Counted from the first letter of the stretch, positions 8,700 to 16,618 are shown. The stretch: DNA of 22,707 nucleotides from Candidatus Bathyarchaeia archaeon (GCA_049512935.1 JBEKWR010000028.1:1-22707); one strand, 5' to 3'. Notes: a model not told the origin generated them from the letters alone. Made by a program: numbers and translations.

Positions 8700-9087
8700 C
8701 ATTTCTTACGTCATCATAATACATTAAACCGCCACATAAACCCTCGCACATAACTAAGGCATATCAAAGCATACTGAGAAACCCCAATTGTCGAACACAA
8801 AAACATGTCAATACGTAAAATATCCTTTAAGAATCAATATTTCAAACATGTACCTGGCTTAAAGGGAGTTGTACAACAGGTCCACAGAAAAACCGCGTAA
8901 GTTTCATAAACCTTACAAAAAATTGATGTTAAACACAGGAATACTCTTCAGCAGCTAAAACGATGGGGCACGCTTAACCGTTACCGAAAAACTATTTAGC
9001 ATCACCACAATCTATCACCACTACAACTCCGATCTGAGGCGGTGTTTACATCGCCACCGGTCGTAGTCCATCCAAAAGCATGTATGT

Positions 9088-9165
9088 GCGGTCGTAGTCT
9101 AGTTTGGTCTAGGACATCAGCCTGCCACGCTGACGACCCGGGTTCAAATCTCGGCGACCGCACCA
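9088..9165 (+). tRNA. tRNA-Gly(GCC)
   Basis: GCGGTCG/CGACCGC-A-CCA; anticodon arm TCAGC-CTGCCAC-GCTGA; T arm CCGGG-TTCAAAT-CTCGG; no intron. Confidence 0.97.
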
Positions 9166-9299
9166 CCAACCAACTTCTTCATCGCGCCTGTTACGTCATT
9201 AAGCGGTCGCTTATTTACGAGGCAGCTGAACGACCTTTCGCAAAAAAGTTTTTGAGTGACCGCTCAACGATTTATTTTGAATCGATTTCGGTGAAGCTT

Positions 9300-9662
9300 A
9301 TGAAAACCGCTTCTGTTAAGTCAAAGTTCGGGTGGGTTAAGGTCAACGGGGAAAAGTACGAAAAAGACATCGTGATTCACGCTGACGGGAAAGTGACTAA
9401 GAGGGAAAAGAAGAAATCCAAAGACCTAAAGCCAGAATACGGACACACGCCTCTTTCCGAGCGCGAACTGGAATTCCTGCCACAGGAAAAATTCGAAGCG
9501 TTGTACGTTGGGACGGGTCATGAAGCTGCCTTGCCCATAACGCCTAAGGCTCAAGAAATACTGGAAAAATACAACGCAATAATCCTTCCCACGCCCGAAG
9601 TCATCAACGAAATTGGGAAGGAAAAAAGGAAATTTGTCGCGTTAATTCACGTGACATGCTGA
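9300..9662 (+). CDS. Mth938-like (DUF498/AAMDC-type) domain protein
   Basis: FGWVKVNG..YEKDIVI, GH, YVGTG, C-terminal ALIHVTC. SD GGTGA before ATG 9300; the longer ORF-track start runs through the tRNA. Confidence 0.85.
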   Translation: MKTASVKSKFGWVKVNGEKYEKDIVIHADGKVTKREKKKSKDLKPEYGHTPLSERELEFLPQEKFEALYVGTGHEAALPITPKAQEILEKYNAIILPTPEVINEIGKEKRKFVALIHVTC

Positions 9663-9685
9663 TTAAGCATCGGTGACCTTAAAGG

Positions 9686-9708
9686 GTAGTAATTCCTATT
9701 AGTACTAC
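9686..9708. promoter_or_regulatory. Candidate vapBC operator
   Basis: GTAGTA-N11-TACTAC immediately downstream of TATA-like CTTAAAG. Confidence 0.5.
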
Positions 9709-9735
9709 GCACTGTAAGGTAGGACGGTTATTGAT

Positions 9736-9966
9736 TTGGAGAATGAAGTTGTCGTCACAAGGAAAGGGCAAACAACAATTCCCGTCAGCCTAAGACGCAA
9801 ATACAAGATTGAAAAAGGCACAAGACTTCAAGTGTTAGATACAAATGATGGAATACTGTTTAAGCCAAAGATTTCAACGATTGATTTGATCGGGTCAGGC
9901 GCTAAATACGCTACTGTAGAAGAAATGAAAAAGCTTCTTGATGAGTTAAGGGACGAAGATGTTTAA
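9736..9966 (+). CDS. vapB: AbrB/MazE/SpoVT-type antitoxin
   Basis: VVVTRKGQTTIP..LRRKY.I.KG..L swapped-hairpin motif; acidic C-terminal helix; overlaps the PIN toxin gene. Confidence 0.9.
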   Translation: MENEVVVTRKGQTTIPVSLRRKYKIEKGTRLQVLDTNDGILFKPKISTIDLIGSGAKYATVEEMKKLLDELRDEDV

Positions 9967-10345
9967 GGCCGTCTATGACACTCGGTTTTTTATGGAAAGT
10001 TACTACACAACTAATTTAAGTACAGCTAAGAAGCTCAGGGAAAACTTCAGACAGACAAGAGAACGTTTCATTTCAGCGGTTGTCATACACGAAGTCTACC
10101 AGTTAACCCTTAGACGAGAAGGCAGAGAAACTGCAATACTCAGAGCAACCGTGCTAGAACAAGACTATACGGTAGTAGAAGTGGACGCTAAAATAGCAAG
10201 ACTATCAGCAGAACTACGCATAAAATATACAATGTCAATGGCTGACAGCATAATCGCAGCAACAGCATTATCCCTAAAAGCGACTTGTGTTTCGGATGAC
10301 CCTCATTTCAAAGCCGTAAAAGAAATAAAAACCGATTGGATTTAA
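9959..10345 (+). CDS. vapC: PIN-domain ribonuclease toxin
   Basis: Acidic tetrad motifs YDT, IHEV, SMADSIIAATA, SDDPHF; 8-nt overlap with the antitoxin. Confidence 0.92.
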   Translation: MFKAVYDTRFFMESYYTTNLSTAKKLRENFRQTRERFISAVVIHEVYQLTLRREGRETAILRATVLEQDYTVVEVDAKIARLSAELRIKYTMSMADSIIAATALSLKATCVSDDPHFKAVKEIKTDWI

Positions 10346-10349
10346 CCAA

Positions 10350-10892
10350 CTAAAGGGTATCTACTACTTGCTTCGCTAACTCGATAGGTAAACTATCGCG
10401 GGTCGCTAAAGTTACTGAGAAAATTTCTGCGTCTTCTCTTTGTTTTGCCTCCTCTATCAATTGGTCTCTGGCTTTAGCGTGCACCACCGCTAATACAAGC
10501 TTTTCACTCGTAAGCGCCTGTTTTACGGCTTGCTTGAACTTCTGCGAGTAGAGCTCCATGGGGCCAATTTCATCAATCGCCACAACGGCGCATTTTTTAG
10601 TGGCTTCCATGATGGCTTCCGCGCCGATAGTTTCAAGGTCGTGGAGGTTTACGCGGTACTTGCCGACTTGCGGGCCGACTCTCTGGTTTACGTGTGCCAG
10701 CCACCCATGCTTGCCGTTGGTTAAGTCAAGTATTTCGAAGCCTACCCGCATGCCGCTTTCTTTTGCTTCACGGCTAATCATGCCGCCGACGCTTACTCCC
10801 TGCGTTTTAAGGGCTTCCATCGTCTTAATCAGCACTGTTGTTTTCCCTATGCCGGGAGCACCTGTCAAAAGCAAAACTCGCTTCTTCAACAT
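10350..10892 (-). CDS. Nucleoside-triphosphatase, THEP1/NTPase_1 family
   Basis: LLTGAPGIGKTT, R.GF, VGKYRV, IDEIGPMEL. Start set at ATG 10892, with AGGTG upstream. Confidence 0.92.
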   Translation of the reverse strand: MLKKRVLLLTGAPGIGKTTVLIKTMEALKTQGVSVGGMISREAKESGMRVGFEILDLTNGKHGWLAHVNQRVGPQVGKYRVNLHDLETIGAEAIMEATKKCAVVAIDEIGPMELYSQKFKQAVKQALTSEKLVLAVVHAKARDQLIEEAKQREDAEIFSVTLATRDSLPIELAKQVVDTL

Positions 10893-10971
10893 CTTTGCAC
10901 CTGCCTGAACCAGAAGTCTAATATGCACATAAAATTCTTTTGATAAGCGAATTCAACTGGGAAGCAACCAC

Positions 10972-12183
10972 ATGGCAGACAGCGTCTACACGCCAGATTT
11001 TCCAAGCGAAATCGTCAAGGAAGGCAAAGTCCAAGTCTTGGTGCCCAAACTTGAAGCATACGGCGTCAACCCATCGGATTACGCGCCTTCTAAAGCCCCA
11101 GTTTTCTACAACCCAGTAATGGAGTTCAACCGCGACCTCACCGTCTTAGCGTTCCAAGCCTACCAACGCGCGGTTAACAGGGAAATCAGCATCTGCGAAC
11201 CTTTAACCAGCCAAGGCATCCGAGGCATACGCTTCGCCGCCGAAATTGAAGGCGTAAAACGAGTCTTAATCAGCGACATCAACATGCGGGCATATAAAGT
11301 TGCAAAGCACAATGTGCAACTCAACGGGCTCGAAAAAAGGGTAACCGTTCGGCACAGGGATGCAAACTGCGTTTTAAGCTGCAACGCGTCGCCTAAGAAA
11401 CGTTTCGACATCGTCGACGCTGACCCTTTCGGTACTCCTGCCCCCTTTTTGGGTTCAGCACTGAGGGCGCTTCGCAACCACGGCTTGCTGGCTTCAACCG
11501 CCACCGACTTGGCGCCGCTTTGCGGGGTGCACTCGAAAGCCTGCGTACGAAAATACGGCGGAAAACCCCTGCGCACCGAGTATTGCCATGAGCTTGCCGT
11601 TCGGCTTCTGGCAGGCTGCACAGCCACCTTAGCTGCAAAACACGACATCGGGATCCACGTGGTTTTCAGCCACAGCAGCGAACATTACATTAGGCTGTAC
11701 GCTCAAATTGCCTACGGCGCGGAAAAAGCCGACGAAAGCGTCAAAACCCTCGGGTACATCCTACACTGCTTCAGCTGTCTCCACCGGGAAACCGCCCATC
11801 ACCCGTTCAGCAGCCTTCAATGTCCCGAATGCGGCTCAAAAATGGATTACGCCGGCCCACTCTGGCTTGGCGGCATCTTCGACCCAGACTTCATAGAGTC
11901 GATGATCAAAGAAAACAAGACTCGCGCTTTCAAAAACAGCGCAAGAATCGCAAAACTCCTCGTCCAGACAAAAGAAGAAGCCGCGGCGCCCATAACCTAC
12001 TACGTTCTTGACAAGCTCAGCGGAAAACTTGGTCTCCCATCGCCCTCCATACAAGTCTTTCTCAAAGCGCTCCGCAACAACGGTTTTCAAGCTGTGCAGA
12101 CCCATTTTAACACTCGGGGCATCAGAACGAGCGCTCCTGCCTTAACTCTGCATAAGCTGCTTGAGGAAACGGTCAGTAGTTAG
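10972..12183 (+). CDS. trm1: tRNA (guanine26-N2)-dimethyltransferase
   Basis: VFYNPVMEFNRD, GIRGIR, DADPFGTP, TATD, HELAVRLL, CxxC...CPECG zinc finger, GPLW.G, TH. Confidence 0.95.
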   Translation: MADSVYTPDFPSEIVKEGKVQVLVPKLEAYGVNPSDYAPSKAPVFYNPVMEFNRDLTVLAFQAYQRAVNREISICEPLTSQGIRGIRFAAEIEGVKRVLISDINMRAYKVAKHNVQLNGLEKRVTVRHRDANCVLSCNASPKKRFDIVDADPFGTPAPFLGSALRALRNHGLLASTATDLAPLCGVHSKACVRKYGGKPLRTEYCHELAVRLLAGCTATLAAKHDIGIHVVFSHSSEHYIRLYAQIAYGAEKADESVKTLGYILHCFSCLHRETAHHPFSSLQCPECGSKMDYAGPLWLGGIFDPDFIESMIKENKTRAFKNSARIAKLLVQTKEEAAAPITYYVLDKLSGKLGLPSPSIQVFLKALRNNGFQAVQTHFNTRGIRTSAPALTLHKLLEETVSS

Positions 12184-12258
12184 TCTTTCAACTTGGTTTT
12201 AGGTGACAAAAGTTTAAAGGGTAAAGCTGCTGTCCTTAAAACAGCAAGGTGAACAGTT

Positions 12259-13065
12259 ATGAACGATAAAATCGCGGTAATTGGTTCAGGAATGATGGGT
12301 GGCGCCATAATCAAAAGCCTGCTTAAAGGCGGGTACGAAGGCAAGTTGACGGCGGTTGACATTGCGCTGGATAGGCTTAAAGAGTTTGAAAGCCTCGGCG
12401 TTAAAACTTCAACAGACAACGTGAAATCAGCGGCTGAAGCCGACATCGTTTTCATAATCGTCAAGCCCGGTGACGTGGCGAAGGTTCTCAAGGAAATCAG
12501 CGAGGCAATTAAGGGTAAACTGCTGATTTCTGTCGCCGCAACGGTGCCGCTCAAGTTTCTGAGGAAGAACGCGCCTGACGCCCGAATCGTGCGGATCATG
12601 CCTAACCTTGGAGCTTTGGTGCAGGCTGCCTACACGGCTTACTGCTGCGAACCCAACGTTACAGCAGAGGACAAAGAGAAAGTTAAGACTTTGCTGAGCA
12701 TGTTCGGAATTTGTGAAGAAATGGATGAGAAGTACTTGGATGCAATAACGGCGGTCAGCGGCAGCGGACCAGGCTACATGTCAATCATCATTGAGGCGAT
12801 GACCTACGCTGGCTTGAAAGTGGGGTTACCACGCAACATCGCTTTAACCTGCGCAGCCCAAACCGTAATGGCAACGGGCAAACTAGTCGTCGATCTGCAT
12901 GAGGAACCCTCAAGAATCAAAGACATGACCACTACGCCAGGTGGAACAACCATCGAAGCCATCTACCAGATTGAGCAAAGCCAAATCCGCCCCGCAATGA
13001 TCCGCGCCATCGAGGAAGCGACGAAGAAGAGCCAGGAAATCAGGGAAAAACTTAACCTCAACTAG
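12259..13065 (+). CDS. proC: Pyrroline-5-carboxylate reductase
   Basis: IGSGMMG Rossmann motif, VKP, RIMPN, TAVSGSGP, TTPGGTT. Confidence 0.96.
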   Translation: MNDKIAVIGSGMMGGAIIKSLLKGGYEGKLTAVDIALDRLKEFESLGVKTSTDNVKSAAEADIVFIIVKPGDVAKVLKEISEAIKGKLLISVAATVPLKFLRKNAPDARIVRIMPNLGALVQAAYTAYCCEPNVTAEDKEKVKTLLSMFGICEEMDEKYLDAITAVSGSGPGYMSIIIEAMTYAGLKVGLPRNIALTCAAQTVMATGKLVVDLHEEPSRIKDMTTTPGGTTIEAIYQIEQSQIRPAMIRAIEEATKKSQEIREKLNLN

Positions 13066-13076
13066 CCTGAGCAGCT

Positions 13077-13739
13077 ATGTTTGAAGCAGCTATTTTTGAC
13101 TGGGACGGCACGTTAGGCGACACCCGCAAAGTGATTGTGGCTTCGTTCCAGAAGGCTCTTAGCGAAATCAACTGCAAAGTCAGCGACGAATACATTGAAC
13201 GCCGAATCGGCATTGGAGCAGCCGACACCTTCAGGGACATAATGCAGTCAGCGAAAGCGTCGTTTGACGAAGAAACCATCCGACGCCTCGTCGAACGCAA
13301 GAGCGCGCTTGAAATCGAACTAACCGACCAGGTGACGCTATTCCCCGGCGCCCGAAGGCTTCTTGACGAGTTGCAGGGCAAAATAACCATGGGGTTGGCG
13401 TCGATGAATAACCGCGAGGTAATCACTCATCTGCTAAAAGCGAAGGATCTGGAGAAATACTTCAGCACAGTTCTTACGGCTGAGTCGATTTCACGATCGA
13501 AGCCTAACCCGGAAATCTATCTGAAAACAGCCGCTTCGCTTAAAGCAAACCCAGAAAGATGCGTTGTTGTTGAGGATTCGGTTTTCGGCGTGAAAGCGGC
13601 TAAATCGGCGAAGATGAGTTGCGTTGCGGTTCTCACTGGCGTTTACTCAAAAGTTGAGCTTGAAAGGGAAAAGCCTGATTTAATAGTTGAAACCTTAGAG
13701 GGCAAGCAGGTTGCCTCCTTCATTCTGACGCAGCAATAG
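13077..13739 (+). CDS. HAD-superfamily IA phosphatase (beta-PGM/CbbY-like)
   Basis: FDWDGTL, LAS, KPNPEIY, VVEDS..GVKAA. Confidence 0.92.
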   Translation: MFEAAIFDWDGTLGDTRKVIVASFQKALSEINCKVSDEYIERRIGIGAADTFRDIMQSAKASFDEETIRRLVERKSALEIELTDQVTLFPGARRLLDELQGKITMGLASMNNREVITHLLKAKDLEKYFSTVLTAESISRSKPNPEIYLKTAASLKANPERCVVVEDSVFGVKAAKSAKMSCVAVLTGVYSKVELEREKPDLIVETLEGKQVASFILTQQ

Positions 13740-13761
13740 CAGTAAAAAGCAAACTTGTAGT

Positions 13762-13791
13762 AGTCACATCACAGTCACATAACTTTAAAAA
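13762..13791 (+). promoter_or_regulatory. Promoter with AGTCACAT direct repeat and TATA box
   Basis: AGTCACAT at 13762-13769 and 13773-13780 (11-bp period); TTTAAAAA at 13784-13791. Confidence 0.55.
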
Positions 13792-13845
13792 TTTATTCAA
13801 TTAAATAATTAATTGCTCTCAAATCTGAGGGAAGGGAAATTTCTT

Positions 13846-14106
13846 TTGAAAGACTCTTTTGCAAACAAAAAAATGAAGGAGCCGATGTATCAGGTTCTGT
13901 TATTGGACAACGACACCAGCGACGAAGTTGAGGTCCAAGAAGCCGACCAAGTGAATTTCTTCCAAGTGAAGGAACACCTAAAAAACGGCGGGTCAGTTTT
14001 CATCACAAGCAAACACTCCCAAAAACAGTTTTACCCCAAAGAAAAAGCGCTGCGAAACTACGTCAAATCAAGAAGAAATTACGCATCCTTTCCCGACAGA
14101 ACTTGA
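13846..14106 (+). CDS. Hypothetical small protein
   Basis: TATA box and G-rich SD (13827-13836) before TTG 13846; globular-looking core YQVLLLD...EVQE...HLKNGGSVFITS. Start uncertain. Confidence 0.7.
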   Translation: MKDSFANKKMKEPMYQVLLLDNDTSDEVEVQEADQVNFFQVKEHLKNGGSVFITSKHSQKQFYPKEKALRNYVKSRRNYASFPDRT

Positions 14107-14217
14107 GAAGCTCACAAAAGCGTGACGTGCATCCAGACAGATTCCCTTTACCCCCCTCTCTCTTCCGTACTTTTTTGGATGCACGTCGCTCTCACTTATC
14201 GGCTTGAGTGAACTTCT
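14106..14217. ncRNA. Candidate structured RNA / 3' UTR element with C/U-rich loop
   Basis: Perfect 12-bp inverted repeat GACGTGCATCCA (14124-14135)/TGGATGCACGTC (14176-14187) around a 40-nt pyrimidine-rich loop. Outer stem AGAAGCTCAC/GTGAACTTCT pairs at 9 of 10 positions. Confidence 0.5.
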
Positions 14218-14338
14218 GGCTATGGCTTCTAAATGTAATGGGTCTAGGCGCTGCCTATTTTTTCATGGGTTGCTTTGGCATTAATCAGAATTGACTTAGT
14301 GCTTGTTCTTGCGGTAATTGGCAGAATGAAAAGGATCT

Positions 14339-14449
14339 GTGTCCGACGGCTGCGAACTTCAACTCTTCGCGTGCAAACGGCGATTTGTCAAGGTTGAAAT
14401 CGGCGAGAAAGTCTATTGTCCCGACGGTACTGCGCACCTTGTCGATTAG
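14339..14449 (+). CDS. 36-aa Cys/His microprotein MSDGCELQLFACKRRFVKVEIGEKVYCPDGTAHLVD
   Basis: Manual translation; GTG start after AAGGA; C-x6-C-x14-C-x5-H; lies in otherwise unannotated space. Confidence 0.55.
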   Translation: MSDGCELQLFACKRRFVKVEIGEKVYCPDGTAHLVD

Positions 14450-14509
14450 ACGCGTCTAGAAGCTTTTTCTTGAGATTCAAAAGGTGCCGAGCAGAAAATC
14501 GAGGGAGCA

Positions 14510-15619
14510 TCATTTCTTCTTTCTTAGAGCTTGGGGAATGTGCGCGCACCTTGGGTCTGAACCGAAGATGTCTCCTGTGTAGTAGAGCGCTGCTGATCGG
14601 CAGCCACCGCAGATTTCGCGGAACTCGCAGACGCCGCATTTGCCTTTGATGCTGTTTTTGTCTTTAGCTTTGGCGAAGAACTCGCTGCTTTGCATGTCAT
14701 CCCAAATCTGCTTGAGAGTTTTGTCTTTGACGTTTCCCATCCTGTAGGCGTCGTTGTAGCTGCAGGGTATGGCGTCGCCGTTTTCCGCTACGCTGAAGAA
14801 TTTGCCGAAGAAGCATCTGCCCAGGAAAAAGTTGTTGTACCAGTTGTCAAAATCAGGCATCCCACGCTGCTTTGCCACCCGCGAGTAGAACGGAATGTAA
14901 ATGTTAATTCCGGGTTTTCCCTTGTACTCTAAGGTCAAGTCGTAGAGTTTGTTGCAGACCCACTCGTACTGCTGCGGCGTGAGGTCAGCCTTCAAGCTGC
15001 TCTTGTCTTTGCTGTAGGGGATAAAGCCGTGGAACACCACCCAGCGCGCGTCATATTTGCGTGCCAAGTCAAGCACGTGACGCATGTCTTTCTCGTTGGC
15101 GTTTGTGACATCGCCAGCGTTGGCAAACGTGTAAACTAGGCAGTTCAGCAGTTTCTTTTCTGAAAACTTCTCTATCGCTGAGACCGCAGCTTCATAAGCG
15201 CCTTTTCCACGGATCGCGTCATCTGTTTCTTTTGAGCCGTCGATGCTTACAGAAATTTTAACCTCGTTTTTGACGATTTCTTCAACGGCTGCGGAATCCA
15301 TGAGGCGTCCGTCGGTTATGATGCTTGCGTTCAAACCCAGCTTTCTCGCGTAACCGATGACTTCGAAAAGGTCCTTTCTCAGGAACGGTTGTCCGCCTGT
15401 GATTCCGAAGAAGCTTGCGCCGAAGTCGTAAACTTGATCGACCAGTTTCATCGCCGTTGCAGTGTCAATTTCGTCTGGAACGGCTGGTTTGCCTGCAGAT
15501 GTGCAGTGTACACAGTGGCTGTCGCATGCGAAAGTGCACCGCCAAGGCACAATGAACAATGGACCTTTTTCTTTCAAGCCTTGCTTCTCCAAGATATTTA
15601 ATAATGCATGCAAAACCAT
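14510..15619 (-). CDS. Radical SAM protein with SPASM domain (PqqE/NirJ/Ahb-like superfamily)
   Basis: CDSHCVHC (CxxxCxxC), TGGQPFLR, VSIDG; SPASM C...GDAIPC...CGVCEFREICGGCR...DPRC. Probable start ATG 15619. Confidence 0.92.
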   Translation of the reverse strand: MVLHALLNILEKQGLKEKGPLFIVPWRCTFACDSHCVHCTSAGKPAVPDEIDTATAMKLVDQVYDFGASFFGITGGQPFLRKDLFEVIGYARKLGLNASIITDGRLMDSAAVEEIVKNEVKISVSIDGSKETDDAIRGKGAYEAAVSAIEKFSEKKLLNCLVYTFANAGDVTNANEKDMRHVLDLARKYDARWVVFHGFIPYSKDKSSLKADLTPQQYEWVCNKLYDLTLEYKGKPGINIYIPFYSRVAKQRGMPDFDNWYNNFFLGRCFFGKFFSVAENGDAIPCSYNDAYRMGNVKDKTLKQIWDDMQSSEFFAKAKDKNSIKGKCGVCEFREICGGCRSAALYYTGDIFGSDPRCAHIPQALRKKK

Positions 15620-15749
15620 GCTATTTAACGCTTCACATTTTCCCAACGTTTTTTGAAAGCTTAAAGGCGTCACCAAAGAAGAGGTTTTTCCCTGAAGTTC
15701 CAAAAAGATTATTACTTTTATCAACCATTATACGATTGGAGAAGGGAGA

Positions 15750-15923
15750 ATGGACGAAGAGAGACTGGTTAATGTAAACCAGCTAAATTGTAACCATGCG
15801 GAAAAGGAATTATACACTGAAAGATGCTTCGACATACTGAACGGTTTCGAGTTGACCTTCACTCGCTGCCTCAACTGCCACAAAATCGTGAGTTTAGCAG
15901 CAAAAAAATTTGAAGACCGCTAA
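15750..15923 (+). CDS. 57-aa Cys/His microprotein MDEERLVNVNQLNCNHAEKELYTERCFDILNGFELTFTRCLNCHKIVSLAAKKFEDR
   Basis: Manual translation; purine-rich GGAGAAGGGAG upstream of the ATG; CxH...C...CxxCH; fills the gap between the rSAM and DCD-like genes. Confidence 0.7.
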   Translation: MDEERLVNVNQLNCNHAEKELYTERCFDILNGFELTFTRCLNCHKIVSLAAKKFEDR

Positions 15924-15940
15924 AACCTCAGCCTACACCG

Positions 15941-16351
15941 TTATTTCTTTTCGTAACTGTAGAGTGATCCATCTTTGAGCAGATCCAAGATGTGCTGCGT
16001 TTGAAATGTCGATAGCTTGCATATTTTGGGGTCATTTAGCCACGGGATCTTTTCAGGCGCGTTTTGGATGATGTGCAGGTCCTCCCACGTCACTTTTATG
16101 TCGTCGTAGGGGTACTGGTGTTCCTCGTTTTCAACCCATGCGCCAGCATCCAATTCGTCGCCTTCAGGCAACGCACTGAACGGTCCGATCAGACTCTTGT
16201 CATCCGTGTTGTAGAGAAAAATCACTGCGCCTGCCTCAATTTCCTCTAGGAGCTTAGGCTGATTATCTGCGCAAGTATACCGTTTATTGCTTAAACATTG
16301 TTGCTGTGATTCTTTGTTGCAAAAAAGCACGTATCCATCATACATAACCAA
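15941..16351 (-). CDS. Stand-alone DCD-like (Development and Cell Death; PUA/EVE-like fold) protein
   Basis: GYVLFCN....QCL...I..G..IFLYN.....L.GPF.A...G...DAGAW.....YP...KV.W follows the DCD consensus as I recall it. Confidence 0.72.
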   Translation of the reverse strand: MVMYDGYVLFCNKESQQQCLSNKRYTCADNQPKLLEEIEAGAVIFLYNTDDKSLIGPFSALPEGDELDAGAWVENEEHQYPYDDIKVTWEDLHIIQNAPEKIPWLNDPKICKLSTFQTQHILDLLKDGSLYSYEKK

Positions 16352-16618
16352 TAAACCCTCAAAACAAATTCAAGTCCTCGGACGCTTATTTCCTTTTCCT
16401 TCCCGACTTAGTGTTAATTCCTTATAGGCGATTTTTTGGTTTTGTACTCCTACGGATTTCACTTTCACTTACCCCTCACATTTTTTAAGCCGTTGTTTTT
16501 CCGATGGGTTAAAAGGCATAAAAAAGCCGTTCTTTCCCAAAAAATATCACTAATTCCCTTTTATCGAGGAATGTGGGAAAATTATTAAAGCTAGATTTCA
16601 GTTGCCTACTCGTATCAG

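Noticed and set aside
9038-9055. GGCGATG hairpin on the minus strand suggesting a fluoride riboswitch
   Set aside because: The pseudoknot and downstream conserved segment are absent, and no crcB/CLC-type gene is nearby.
9163-9168. CCACCA at the tRNA-Gly 3' end
   Set aside because: It is genomic trailer that 3' processing would remove; the CCACCA decay tag is added post-transcriptionally.
9042-9299. N-terminal extension of the Mth938-like ORF
   Set aside because: It overlaps tRNA-Gly; an SD supports ATG 9300 instead.
15620-15724. 35-aa N-terminal extension of the rSAM ORF
   Set aside because: It would occupy the divergent promoter region shared with the 57-aa gene; ATG 15619 gives a normal domain start.
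16352-16618. Possible lysine riboswitch or attenuator before the aspartate kinase; repeated AAGCCGTT
   Set aside because: Only weak AT-rich pairings, no riboswitch consensus and no leader peptide seen.
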